Of a stretch of DNA of 49,765 nt, positions 29,674-39,600 are shown one piece after another. Position 1 is the stretch's first letter. Every line of letters starts with the position of its first letter. Under the pieces are notes generated by a model. That model saw only the letters and a program-made list of their open reading frames with translations, had not been told where the DNA came from and did not search any database. Source of the stretch: Clostridiales bacterium. Its GTDB lineage: Bacteria > Bacillota > Clostridia > Oscillospirales > Oscillospiraceae. Position numbers and translations under genes: made by a program. The stretch is from positions 7,207-56,971 of the forward strand of contig JAJQAS010000223.1 in NCBI GenBank assembly GCA_021203685.1. The letters run 5' to 3'.

Positions 29674-30762
29674 TCAGCCATTTTCCCGGTCAAACTGCTT
29701 GATGAAATCACACAGCTTTTCCACGCCTTCCACGGGCATGGCGTTGTAGATGGAGGCACGCATACCGCCCACCTTCCGGTGGCCTTTCAGGTTGACGAAG
29801 CCCGCATCGGTGGCCTGGGCCACGAACTTTTTGTCCAGCTCGTCGGAGTCGCTGCGGAAGGTGACGTTCATATCGGAGCGGCTGGCCTTGTCGGTGGCGC
29901 AGCAGTGGAACAGGGCGGAGCTGTCCAGCACGTCGTAGAGCATCTGAGCCTTGCCGTGCTTGATCTTCTCCATGCCTTCCACACCGCCCATGCTCTCCAG
30001 CCAGGTCAGCACCTCGCCCAGCATGTAAATGCACCAGCAGGGAGGGGTGTTGTACATGGAATCCTTGTCGATCATGGTCTTATAGTTCATCATCAGCGGG
30101 GTGAAGGGCAGCTCGTGACCGGCCAGGGACTTTTTGATGATAACGATGGTCAGACCGGCAGGGGCCAGGTTTTTCTGGGCCCCGGCGTAGATGATGCCGT
30201 ATTTGGAGACGTCCACCCGGCGGCTGCAAATATCGGAGGACATATCGCACACCAGCGGCACATCGCCGGTCTCCGGCACATACTGCCATTCGGTGCCGTA
30301 GATGGTGTTGTTGGCGCAGTAATAAAAATAAGAGGCGTCCGGGCGAACCACCAGCTGCTCCTGGGCGGGGATATAGGTGTGGTTTTTGTCCTCAGAGGAG
30401 GCCGCCACGGCGATATCGCCGTACTTTTTCGCCTCTTTGTAGGCGATGGTGGCAAAGTTGCCGGTGACGGCGTAATCCGCCTTGCCCGTCTTGCCGATGA
30501 GGTTCAGGGGGATGGCGGAGAACTGGGAGGACGCGCCGCCCTGGAGGAACAGCACCTCGTACTCGTCGGGAATGTGCATCAGGGCCTTGAACTTGGCCTT
30601 GGTGTCGTCAAAAATTTTCTGGAACACCTTAGACCGGTGGCTCATCTCCATGACGGACATGCCGGACCCCTGGTAATTGGTGATCTCGGCGCCGGCCTTC
30701 TCCAGTACGGAGAGGGGCAGCATGGAGGGGCCAGCGGAAAAGTTGTAGATGCGATCGCTCAT
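29674..30762 (-). CDS. serC: Phosphoserine aminotransferase
   Basis: YNFSAGPS.LP, SVMEMSHRS, LFLQGGAS.QF, NNTIYGT, DMSS, YAGAQKN..PAG, YNTPP, GHR.VGGMRASIYNA. Confidence 0.97.
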   Translation of the reverse strand: MSDRIYNFSAGPSMLPLSVLEKAGAEITNYQGSGMSVMEMSHRSKVFQKIFDDTKAKFKALMHIPDEYEVLFLQGGASSQFSAIPLNLIGKTGKADYAVTGNFATIAYKEAKKYGDIAVAASSEDKNHTYIPAQEQLVVRPDASYFYYCANNTIYGTEWQYVPETGDVPLVCDMSSDICSRRVDVSKYGIIYAGAQKNLAPAGLTIVIIKKSLAGHELPFTPLMMNYKTMIDKDSMYNTPPCWCIYMLGEVLTWLESMGGVEGMEKIKHGKAQMLYDVLDSSALFHCCATDKASRSDMNVTFRSDSDELDKKFVAQATDAGFVNLKGHRKVGGMRASIYNAMPVEGVEKLCDFIKQFDRENG

Positions 30763-30785
30763 GGGGAGGATCTCCTTTCAAATAT

Positions 30786-30840
30786 ACGGCTTCAATCTCA
30801 CCGCGTTATTCCGCCCCGGCTGACGGCTTCAAACTCGCCG
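30786..30840 (-). promoter_or_regulatory. Tandem 18-nt direct repeat / twin hairpin in the serC 5' leader
   Basis: RNA CGGCGAGUUUGAAGCCGU and CGGUGAGAUUGAAGCCGU at 37-nt spacing, downstream of TGG-TATAAT (30862-30870). Confidence 0.55.
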
Positions 30841-31074
30841 GGCCTCTGGGACGCAAGAGCAATTATACCAAATTTCGCGCTGTCAAGACAATCTCATCAA
30901 TCTCCAAAAAGCGCCGCGCTTTTTCACTGTATTTTGTTAAATTATTTCGGTCTGCCATTTTTGACTTCCCTTTTTCGTTTCTTGCTGGTATAATGGAAAA
31001 GCGAAACAGCTTTTGGGCGGTATAGTATAAGTTTTCTACAGAGAACCGCCGTTCGGTTACTGACTGCCTCTCTT

Positions 31075-31127
31075 GCCTCCCCTGAAAGGGGAGGAGGGCC
31101 GCCGCCTTTAGGCGGTGGCGGAGGGGT
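31075..31127. repeat. REP-like palindromic element
   Basis: CCTCCCCT-GAA-AGGGGAGG followed by CCGCCGCCT-TT-AGGCGGTGG-CGGAGGGGT. Confidence 0.5.
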
Positions 31128-31158
31128 TTTACCATTTTCCCATCAGGAAGGAGATTTT

Positions 31159-31926
31159 ATGCCCGAACCCACTGAACTGCGTCTGGCCGTCCTCATCGAC
31201 GCGGACAACGCCCCCCGCACCGCCATGAAAGAGATTATGGAGGAGATCGCCGTCTACGGCTCCCCCACCATCAAGCGCATTTACGGCGACTGGACCACCC
31301 CCAATATGGCCAGCTGGAAGGCCATGCTGCTGGAGTACGCCATCACCCCCATCCAGCAGTACGCCTACACCACCGGCAAAAATGCCACCGACTCGGCCAT
31401 GATCATCGACGCCATGGACATCCTCTATTCCCGCCGGGTGGACGGCTTCGTGCTGGTGTCCAGCGACAGCGACTTCACCCGCCTGGCCACCCGGCTCCGG
31501 GAGGCGGGGATGAAGGTCTACGGCATGGGGGAGAAAAAGACCCCCCAGCCCTTCATCGCCTCCTGCGATAAGTTCGTCTATATCGAGGTCATCCGGGCCG
31601 CCGCCAAGGAAGCGGAGCCGGAGCAGGACCACCGCACCGGACAGAAGGCCAACAAGCGCAAGCAGACCACCCAGAACAACCGCTCCATCGCCCCCGTCAC
31701 AGCCGACATCATCGAACTGATCGCCCTGAGCCTGGAGGACATCACCGACGACGAGGGCTATGGGATGCTCTCCGCCCTGGGGACGCTGCTGCTGAAAAAA
31801 CGCCCCGACTTCGACAGCCGGAACTACGGTTTCAAAAAGCTGTCCTCCATGATCCAGTCCATCCCCCGGTTCGAGGTGCAAAAGCAGGATACCACCACCT
31901 ACATCCGGGATTTGCAGGCGAAATAA
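31159..31926 (+). CDS. NYN domain (LabA/DUF88) protein with C-terminal OST-HTH/LOTUS domain
   Basis: LAVLIDADN, KRIYGDW, GKNATDSAMIIDAMD, LVSSDSDF..LA.RLRE.G; PDFD.RNYGFKKLS. Confidence 0.92.
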   Translation: MPEPTELRLAVLIDADNAPRTAMKEIMEEIAVYGSPTIKRIYGDWTTPNMASWKAMLLEYAITPIQQYAYTTGKNATDSAMIIDAMDILYSRRVDGFVLVSSDSDFTRLATRLREAGMKVYGMGEKKTPQPFIASCDKFVYIEVIRAAAKEAEPEQDHRTGQKANKRKQTTQNNRSIAPVTADIIELIALSLEDITDDEGYGMLSALGTLLLKKRPDFDSRNYGFKKLSSMIQSIPRFEVQKQDTTTYIRDLQAK

Positions 31927-31968
31927 AAAATTTGCCCTACCAATTTTCCAGAAATCGCGTTTTCTCTC

Positions 31969-31997
31969 TGGACTTTCCGCCCGGTTTATAGTATGAT
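31969..31997 (+). promoter_or_regulatory. Putative sigmaA promoter upstream of the hydF leader
   Basis: TGGACT, 17 bp, TATGAT. Confidence 0.55.
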
Positions 31998-32128
31998 ACC
32001 GGTGTGAGTGATGAGCAGACCCCTTGTCACAAACCCGAATGTCGCTTTGCCCCGCCCCTTGAAAGAACACGATTTCTGACGAATGGCCGGACAGGTTGCC
32101 CTTTGCGTTTGCTTGACAGGTATTTTAT

Positions 32129-32156
32129 GCCCGCATCCTCCGATGCGGGCTTTTTT
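32129..32156 (+). terminator. Intrinsic terminator 70 nt upstream of hydF (possible attenuator)
   Basis: GCCCGCATC-CTCC-GATGCGGGC-TTTTTT. Confidence 0.85.
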
Positions 32157-32226
32157 CTGCGCTTTCGGCGGCGCAGGCTGCAACTGTGTCCGCCGGAACC
32201 GCCCCACGAGAGAAAGGAGCCGCCCT

Positions 32227-33429
32227 ATGAAGACTTCTCTGAACGAGACCCCCGCCTCCAACCGTACCCACATCACCTTTCTGGGCCGGATGAACAGCGG
32301 CAAGAGCGCCCTGGTCAACGCCTTTGCGGGTCACGCCGTCTCCATTGTGGACGGCGCAGCCGGGACCACCACGGACCCCGTACGCAAGAGCATGGAAATT
32401 CACGGCATCGGCCCCTGCGTCCTCATCGACACGGCGGGCTTCAACGACGCCGGGGATCTGGGCCAGAAGCGGGTGGAGACCACCCGGCAGGTGGCTCAGG
32501 AGACCGATTTGGCGGTCATCCTCTTCACCCAGGAGAATCTGGAGGAAGAGGCGGGCTGGTTCCGGCTCTTCGCCCAGCAGAATACCCCCGTGGTGGCGGT
32601 GGTCAGCAAGTGCGACGCCAACCCGGACGCCGAGGTCCTCTGCGCCGCCATCCGCCGGGAGCTGGACGCCGACCCCATCACCACCAGCGCCGTCACCGGT
32701 CAGGGGGTGGACGCTCTGCGGGAGCGGCTGGTGGAGCTGTCCCACCGGACGGAGGGCAAGCGGTTCATCACCGGGAATCTGGTGGGGGAAAACGACCTGG
32801 TGCTGCTGGTGATGCCCCAGGACATCCAGGCCCCGGAGGGGCGGTTGATCCTGCCCCAGGTGCAGACCATCCGGGAACTGCTGGACAAAAAGTGCCTGGT
32901 GATGAGCTGCACCACCGACAAACTGGAACAGACCCTCTCCGCCCTGGCCTACCCGCCCAAGCTCATCATCACCGACTCCCAGGTGTTCCGGCTGGTCTAC
33001 GACAAAAAGCCAAAAGAGAGCCTGCTCACCTCCTTTTCCACCCTGTTTGCCGCTTACAAGGGAGACATCCACGCCTATATTCAAGGCGCAAAGGCCATTG
33101 ACGCTCTGCGGGAGACCGACAAGGTGCTCATTGCCGAGGCGTGTACCCACGCCCCCATGGAGGAGGACATTGGACGGGTGAAAATTCCCCGGCTGCTGCG
33201 TCAGCGCACCGGTCCCGGTTTGACCGTGGACGTGGTCAGCGGCAAGGACTTTCCCGCCGACTTGGGGCAGTACGCCCTCATCATCCAGTGCGGAGCCTGT
33301 ATGTTCAACCGGAAGTATGTCCTCAGCCGGGTGGCCGAGGCCAAAGCCGCAGGGGTCCCCATGACCAACTACGGGGTGGCCATCGCCCACCTCAGTGGCA
33401 TTCTGGCGGACGTGGCCATTCCCGAATGA
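32227..33429 (+). CDS. hydF: [FeFe]-hydrogenase H-cluster maturation GTPase
   Basis: GRMNSGKS, GTTTDPV.K.ME, DTAG, AP.GRLILPQVQ..RELLD, ITDSQ, EACTH...QCGAC Fe-S motif; RBS AAAGGAG. Confidence 0.95.
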   Translation: MKTSLNETPASNRTHITFLGRMNSGKSALVNAFAGHAVSIVDGAAGTTTDPVRKSMEIHGIGPCVLIDTAGFNDAGDLGQKRVETTRQVAQETDLAVILFTQENLEEEAGWFRLFAQQNTPVVAVVSKCDANPDAEVLCAAIRRELDADPITTSAVTGQGVDALRERLVELSHRTEGKRFITGNLVGENDLVLLVMPQDIQAPEGRLILPQVQTIRELLDKKCLVMSCTTDKLEQTLSALAYPPKLIITDSQVFRLVYDKKPKESLLTSFSTLFAAYKGDIHAYIQGAKAIDALRETDKVLIAEACTHAPMEEDIGRVKIPRLLRQRTGPGLTVDVVSGKDFPADLGQYALIIQCGACMFNRKYVLSRVAEAKAAGVPMTNYGVAIAHLSGILADVAIPE

Positions 33430-33466
33430 GAGAATCATCATTCAAACAGAAAAAGGAGACGTGACG

Positions 33467-33712
33467 ATGGAGACAAGACTGGCGGTCATCGCCATTGTGG
33501 TGGAAAACCCCGACAGCGTGGAGGTGCTGAACGCCCTCCTGCATGAGTACGGCAGCGTTATCATCGGGCGGATGGGCATCCCCTACCACGCCAAGGGGGT
33601 CAACCTCATCAGCGTGGCGGTGGACGCGCCCATGGACGCTATCAGCACCCTGTCCGGTAAAATCGGGAGGCTGGAGGGCGTCAGCGCAAAGGTGGCCTAT
33701 TCAAGAGTTTAA
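33467..33712 (+). CDS. TM1266 family iron-only hydrogenase system putative regulator (ACT-like)
   Basis: METR.A.I.I.VE...VE.LN.LLHEY...IIGRMGIPY...L.GKIG.L.GV..K; lies between hydF and hydG. Confidence 0.88.
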   Translation: METRLAVIAIVVENPDSVEVLNALLHEYGSVIIGRMGIPYHAKGVNLISVAVDAPMDAISTLSGKIGRLEGVSAKVAYSRV

Positions 33713-33715
33713 CGA

Positions 33716-33750
33716 CAATGAGCAATTAGCAATGTGCAATGTGCAATGAT
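33716..33750 (+). repeat. Heptamer array just after the TM1266 stop codon
   Basis: CAATGAG-CAATTAG-CAATGTG-CAATGTG-CAATGAT. Confidence 0.7.
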
Positions 33751-33821
33751 TCGAGAAACCACCCAAAGAACATGATTTAGTTTATCCCCACATGTATTCA
33801 AAAAAGAAAGAGGAAAGCACT

Positions 33822-35243
33822 ATGGCAATCTACGATCCCAAATCCCTGAAAGCGGAAGAGTTCATCAACCACGAGGAAATTCTGGAGACCCTGGCCTATG
33901 CCGACGCCCACAAGGAGGACGCGGAACTCATCGACCAGATCATCGCCAAAGCCAAAGAGCTGAAAGGTCTGTCCCACCGGGACGCCTCCGTGCTGCTGGC
34001 CTGCACCCTGCCGGATAAAATCCAGCAGGTTTACGCCCTGGCGGAGCAGATCAAAAAGGACTTCTACGGCAACCGCATCGTGTTGTTTGCGCCGCTGTAC
34101 CTGTCCAACTACTGCGTCAACGGCTGCACCTACTGCCCCTACCACGCCATCAACAAGCACATTCCCCGGAAAAAACTCACCCAGGAGGAGATTCGTCAGG
34201 AGGTCATCGCCCTCCAGGACCTGGGCCATAAGCGGCTGGCCATCGAGTCCGGCGAGGACCCGGTGAATAACCCCATCGAGTACATTTTGGAGTCCATTAA
34301 GACCATTTACTCTGTCCACCACAAAAACGGCGATATCCGCCGGGTGAACGTCAACATCGCCGCCACCACCGTGGAGAATTACCGCAAGTTGAAAGAAGCG
34401 GGCATCGGCACCTACATCCTCTTCCAGGAGACCTACCACAAGGAATCCTATGAGAAGCTGCACCCCTGGGGTCCCAAGCACGACTACGCCTATCACACCG
34501 AGGCCATGGACCGGGCCATGGAAGGCGGCATCGACGACGTGGGGCTGGGCGTGCTGTTCGGTCTGGACAAATACCGCTATGAGTTCGCGGGTATCCTGAT
34601 GCACGCCGAGCACCTGGAAGCCGCCCAGGGCGTCGGCCCCCACACCATCTCCGTCCCCCGTATCTGCCCGGCGGACGACATCGACCCCAGCACCTTCTCC
34701 AACGCCATCGACAACGACACCTTCGCCAAAATCGTGGCCTGCATCCGTGTTGCCGTCCCCTACACCGGGATGATCATCTCCACCCGCGAGAGCCAGAGTA
34801 CCAGAGAGCGGGTGTTGCACCTTGGCATCTCCCAGATCTCCGGCGGCAGCCGCACCAGCGTGGGCGGCTACACCGAGGAGATCGCCCCGGAGGACACCGT
34901 GCAGTTCGACATCTCCGACCAGCGCAGCCTGGACGAGGTGGTGAAGTGGCTGATGGACATGGGCTATATCCCCAGCTTCTGCACCGCCTGCTACCGGGCG
35001 GGGCGCACCGGCGACCGGTTCATGGAGGTCTGCAAGTCCGGCGCCATTCAGAACTGCTGCCACCCCAACGCCCTGATGACCCTGAAAGAGTACCTCCAGG
35101 ACTACGCCACCCCCGCCACCCGCGAGGTGGGCCTCAAGCTCATCCAGAAGGAGCTGGCCAACATCCCCAACGAGAAGGTGCGGGCCATCACCGTCCAGCA
35201 CCTGGCGGACATCGAGAACGGCCAGCGGGATTTCCGTTTCTGA
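33822..35243 (+). CDS. hydG: [FeFe]-hydrogenase maturation radical SAM enzyme
   Basis: FAPLYLSNYCVNGCTYC (CX3CX2C), LFQETYH, GPHTISVPR, and C-terminal PSFCTACYR..RTGDRFM...CCHPN (auxiliary cluster motif distinguishing it from ThiH). Confidence 0.95.
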   Translation: MAIYDPKSLKAEEFINHEEILETLAYADAHKEDAELIDQIIAKAKELKGLSHRDASVLLACTLPDKIQQVYALAEQIKKDFYGNRIVLFAPLYLSNYCVNGCTYCPYHAINKHIPRKKLTQEEIRQEVIALQDLGHKRLAIESGEDPVNNPIEYILESIKTIYSVHHKNGDIRRVNVNIAATTVENYRKLKEAGIGTYILFQETYHKESYEKLHPWGPKHDYAYHTEAMDRAMEGGIDDVGLGVLFGLDKYRYEFAGILMHAEHLEAAQGVGPHTISVPRICPADDIDPSTFSNAIDNDTFAKIVACIRVAVPYTGMIISTRESQSTRERVLHLGISQISGGSRTSVGGYTEEIAPEDTVQFDISDQRSLDEVVKWLMDMGYIPSFCTACYRAGRTGDRFMEVCKSGAIQNCCHPNALMTLKEYLQDYATPATREVGLKLIQKELANIPNEKVRAITVQHLADIENGQRDFRF

Positions 35244-35384
35244 GTTCCAATTTTATTGCAACCGATGCCCGGAGGAGAGCGAATCGCCCTTCTCCGGGCG
35301 ATTTCTGTCCTTTGCGGGAAAAGGGATGGAAAACGCCGCCTTAATGCGATATAATAAGAGAAAAAAACGACATGGAGGGGTATT

Positions 35385-36638
35385 ATGCGATTCTTTCACC
35401 TGGCTGACCTGCACCTGGGCAAGTCCCTTTACGGCTACTCCCTCATCGACGAGGGAGACCAGCCCTATTGGGTGGACCGGCTGCTGGAGGCGGCGGACGA
35501 GTTCCGCCCCGACGCGGTGGTCATCGCGGGGGACGTGTATGACCGGGCGGTGCCTCCCAAGGAGGCGGTGGAGCTGTTGGACCGGCTGCTGACCGCCCTC
35601 TCCCGGCGGAACATCCCCGTGCTGATGGTGGCGGGAAACCACGACTCCGGCCCCCGGCTGGCCTTCGCCAGCGGCCTGCTGGAGCGGGAGGGGGTCTACA
35701 TCGCCGGGGAGTGCCAAAAGGAGCTGCCACAGGTGAGGCTGGAGGACGAATACGGCCCCGTGACCTTCTGGCTGATGCCCTACCTGTTCCCGGCGGCGGT
35801 GCGCTTCGCTCTGGGCCGGGAGGATCTGACCGGCTACGACCAGGCGGTGCGCGCCCTGCTGGAGATGCAGCCCATCGACCCTGCACGGCGGAATGTGTTG
35901 GTGGCCCACCAGTTCGTCGTCTCCGGCGGCGCGGAGCCGGAGCGGGACGGCTCCGAGACCGCTGTGGGCGGCGTGGGTCAGGTGGACGCGGAGGCGTTCG
36001 CCGCCTTTGATTACGTGGCCCTGGGCCACATCCACGGCGCCCAGAAAATTGGTCGGGAGACGGTGCGCTACGGCGGCTCGCCGCTGCCCTATAGCTTCTC
36101 CGAGGTGGGCCAGCACAAGGGGGTGACCCTTGTGGAGCTGGGGGAGAAGGGACAGGTGGCGTTTCAGCTCATCGAACTGCCCACCCTCCACCGGATGCGC
36201 CAGGTGAAAGGGACGCTGGAGGAGCTGCTCGCCCTGGGCACAGAGGACACCTCCCTCCGGGAGGACTACCTGCGGACGGTGCTGACCGACGTGCAGATGC
36301 CCCCCCGCGCTATGGAGCGGCTGCGGGCGGTGTATCCAAACCTGATGGAGGTGACGCGGGAACTGCCACAAACGGCCCAACGGGCCGCCGGACGGACGGC
36401 CCAGGTGAAGGAACGGCCCCTGGAGGAGTTGTTCCGGGACTTTTACACCCATCAGGCAGGGGAAATTCCCGACCAGGCCCAGGCGGAGCTGGCGGCCTTC
36501 GCTGCGGAGCAGGCCCGACAGGGAACGCTGCCGGAGCTGCGCCGGGGAGAGAGCACAGATCAAGATACGCTGGCGCTGGTGGAATTCGCCCTGCGCCGAT
36601 TCGGAGAGGAGGAACAGGGATGCGACCCGAAAAACTGA
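35385..36638 (+). CDS. sbcD: Exonuclease SbcCD subunit D
   Basis: HLADLHLGK, IAGDVYD, AGNHDS, AHQF, DYVALGHIH, RY.GSPL.YSFSE. Confidence 0.94.
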   Translation: MRFFHLADLHLGKSLYGYSLIDEGDQPYWVDRLLEAADEFRPDAVVIAGDVYDRAVPPKEAVELLDRLLTALSRRNIPVLMVAGNHDSGPRLAFASGLLEREGVYIAGECQKELPQVRLEDEYGPVTFWLMPYLFPAAVRFALGREDLTGYDQAVRALLEMQPIDPARRNVLVAHQFVVSGGAEPERDGSETAVGGVGQVDAEAFAAFDYVALGHIHGAQKIGRETVRYGGSPLPYSFSEVGQHKGVTLVELGEKGQVAFQLIELPTLHRMRQVKGTLEELLALGTEDTSLREDYLRTVLTDVQMPPRAMERLRAVYPNLMEVTRELPQTAQRAAGRTAQVKERPLEELFRDFYTHQAGEIPDQAQAELAAFAAEQARQGTLPELRRGESTDQDTLALVEFALRRFGEEEQGCDPKN

Positions 36639-39600
36639 CCATGGCGGCCTTTGGCCCCTACGCCGGGGAGACCACGGTGGACTTCACCCAGCTGGGCAGC
36701 GGGCTTTACCTCATCTCCGGCAACACCGGCGCGGGGAAAACAACCCTGTTCGACGCCATTGTCTACGCCCTCTACGGCGTGGCCAGCGGCAGCGGGCGGA
36801 CGGCGGAGATGTTCCACAGCGACTATGTCGGTAAGCATGACCGCACCTGGGTAGAGCTGACTTTCACCCAGGGCGGGCGGCGGTTCAAGGTGAACCGGGA
36901 GTTCCGTTTCCCCAAAAAGCGGGACGGCAGCGTGGGCAAGCCCACCAAAAACGCCCTACTGGAGGAGGAGGGGAAGTCCCCCGGCACCCCCGCGGCCGCC
37001 GTCACCGCCCGCATCACCCCGCTGCCGGGGCTGGCCGCCACCCAGCCTCGGCAAATCGTCATGCTGGCCCAGGGGGAATTTCGCCGGTTCCTGGAGGCGG
37101 GCAGCGACGAGCGGGGCAGGATTCTGGGCCAGCTCTTTGACAACCGGCTGTATCTGGACTTCCAGCAGCGGTTGAAGCGGGGGGCGGACTGCCTGGAGGC
37201 CCGGCGGCAGGAGACCGAGCGGGAGATGAACCTGCGGCTGAGCACCCTCAGCCTCCCGGAAGACCTGACGGAGGAGCAGAGGGGATGCTTTGACCTCCAC
37301 CACCCCCAGCTGGAGGAGGCGTTGACCCAGCTGGAGGCCGGGGACCGGCAGGCGCTGGCGGCGCTGGACGGGGACATTCGCACCCAGGAGACCCGGCGGG
37401 AGCAGTTGCAGGCGCAAAAAACTCTGGCCCAGCAGCGGAACCAGCGGCTGGACGCACTGGAACAGTGCCGCCGGGAAGAATTTGCACTCCAGGCCCAGGC
37501 GGAGCCGATGGAGGCGCTGGCCCTCCGGATGGAACAGGGGAGAAAAGCCCTCCGGCTGGTGTTCCCCAGCGAGCGCGCCCTGGAGCAGACCCGGAGCCGA
37601 CTGCTCCAGACTCAGGGGGAGCTTACCGGATGGGCGAGCCAGCGGGAGCGGGAGACCCGCAAGTTCCACTCCTTGGAGCAGGAGTGCCAGCGCTGGCGGG
37701 AACAGACCCCCCAGATGGAGCGGCTGGGCCACCATATTCAGGCCATTGCTGAGGCGCTGTCCGACTATGACCGGCTGGAATCCGTGCAAAAGGCGCTGGA
37801 CAGCGCCAGCCGCCGCCTGGACGCCGTCCGGCAGAGCGAGACCCAGGCTCAGGAGGAAAAGCAAAAAATAGAATCCCAACAGGCCACGCTACAGGCCCAA
37901 CTGGAACCCCTCAAGGGGGCGGAAGTGACCTGTGTTCGGTTGACGGCGGAGCGGGAACAGGCCGACAGGCGGCTGAACCGCCTCACCGGGCTGGGAGACC
38001 AAATCGCAGAGTTGAAAACCGGGTTGGTTCAGGGGCAGACCCTGCGCCGCCGCCAGCAACAACAGCAGCAGCGGCTTCAGGCGGCGACAGAGCGGCGCAG
38101 TCACCTGTACGATGCTTTCTGGAATGGGCAAGCCGGCATCCTGGCGGAGCAGTTGGAGGAGACGCTGGCCCAGGACGGAGAGGGCGTTTGTCCCGTCTGC
38201 GGCGCCCGGCACCTACGGGGGAATCACCCGCCTTTTGCTCAGAAACCGGCGGAGACCCCCTCCCAGGAGGAGGTAAACCAGGCCGAAGCCGCCGCAAAGC
38301 GGGAACAGGAGAAAAACAACGCCCTGTTGGTGGATTTGAAAGAGAAAATCTCCGCATGGAAGGAGAAAAAAAGCAATGCCCTGTTGCTGGCGGCGGAGCT
38401 GTTCCCGGAAGCGCCGGACTGGGACACACTGGCCCAGCCGGGGTATTTGACTGAGGCAATTGCCCAGGGCAAAGCCGACCTGACCGCAGTGGAGACCGCT
38501 CTGCAAAAAGCGCAGGAGCAGCAGCGAATCAAAGAGACCACAGAGGCGGCGCTGCAAACCCTCCGCTCCCAGATGGAACAGGCAAATGCACGGCTGGAGG
38601 AGCAAACCGAAGTCTGTCGGAAGATGCAGGAGGAAGTCACCCGCCTGACCGCCCAGGCGGAGGAAGGGCGGCGGACACTGCCCTATCCCTCCCGGAAGGA
38701 AGCCCTGACGGAACAGGCAAAGCTGACCGCCCGGCGGAACCAGTGGCAGCGGGGACTGGAGCAGGCCCAGGCTGCACTGGACGAGAGCCAGCGGAAACTG
38801 GCGCGGCTGGCTGGTCTGCTGGAGACCGGGGAGACCCGGTTGACCGCCCAACAAAAGGAACTGGCAGCAGCAACCGCCCAGTTGGAGACGGCCTGGAAGG
38901 GCGCGGGGTTCCCGTCCCTGGCGGACTACCAGCGCTCGCTGGCCCCGGAGGGGCAGACCATCGACGAGGACTGGCTGACCGCCCAGGAGGCCCGGCTGAC
39001 CGACTACCAAAACCGCCGGCGGGACTGCGCCAACCGGCTCCGTTCCCTGGAGGAGGAGACCGCCGGTTGGGAGCGCAGCGACCTTGCGGCGTTGGACGGC
39101 GCGTTGCAGGGGCTGGAAAATCAACTCTCCGCCCAAAGGGAGGCCCGCGACCGGCAGTATCACCGGCGGCAGGCCAACCGGCAGGTGGCCCGTGGGGTGG
39201 CCCAGGGCCGGGCGGCGCTGCGCCGCATCGCCCCGGCGGAGCGGGAGCTGAAACGGCTGGCGCAGGTGGCCAACGGCCAGGACACCGCGCTTGGGCGATA
39301 CAGCTTTGACCGATATGTGCTCAGCGCCTTCTTTGAGGAGATCATCGCCCAGGCCAACTGCCATCTGGATGTGATGAGCGGCGGCAAATACAGCCTAGCC
39401 CGGCGGGAGACCGCCGACCGGAAAAACGGCGCGGCGGGGCTGGAGCTGGAGGTGTGGGACGCCTTCACCGGGGAGGCCCGGCGCACCCCGTCCCTCTCCG
39501 GCGGTGAGTCCTTCCAGGCGTCGCTGGCCCTGGCTCTGGGCCTTTCCGACGTGGTGCAGCAGCACGCCGGGGGCGTCCAGCTGGAGACCATGTTCATCGA

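Noticed and set aside
28684-30993. Very long antisense ORFs (769 aa here; also 21179-23323, 16839-18689, 2749-4305, 47894-49591)
   Set aside because: They mirror well-supported genes on the opposite strand and have no motifs or RBS; expected shadow ORFs in GC-rich coding DNA
31159-31926. NYN protein as a toxin-antitoxin or defence nuclease
   Set aside because: Common stand-alone LabA/DUF88-LOTUS architecture with no partner gene
33822-35243. Radical SAM gene as thiH
   Set aside because: Has the C-terminal auxiliary cysteine motif and sits with hydF and TM1266; no thiamine genes nearby
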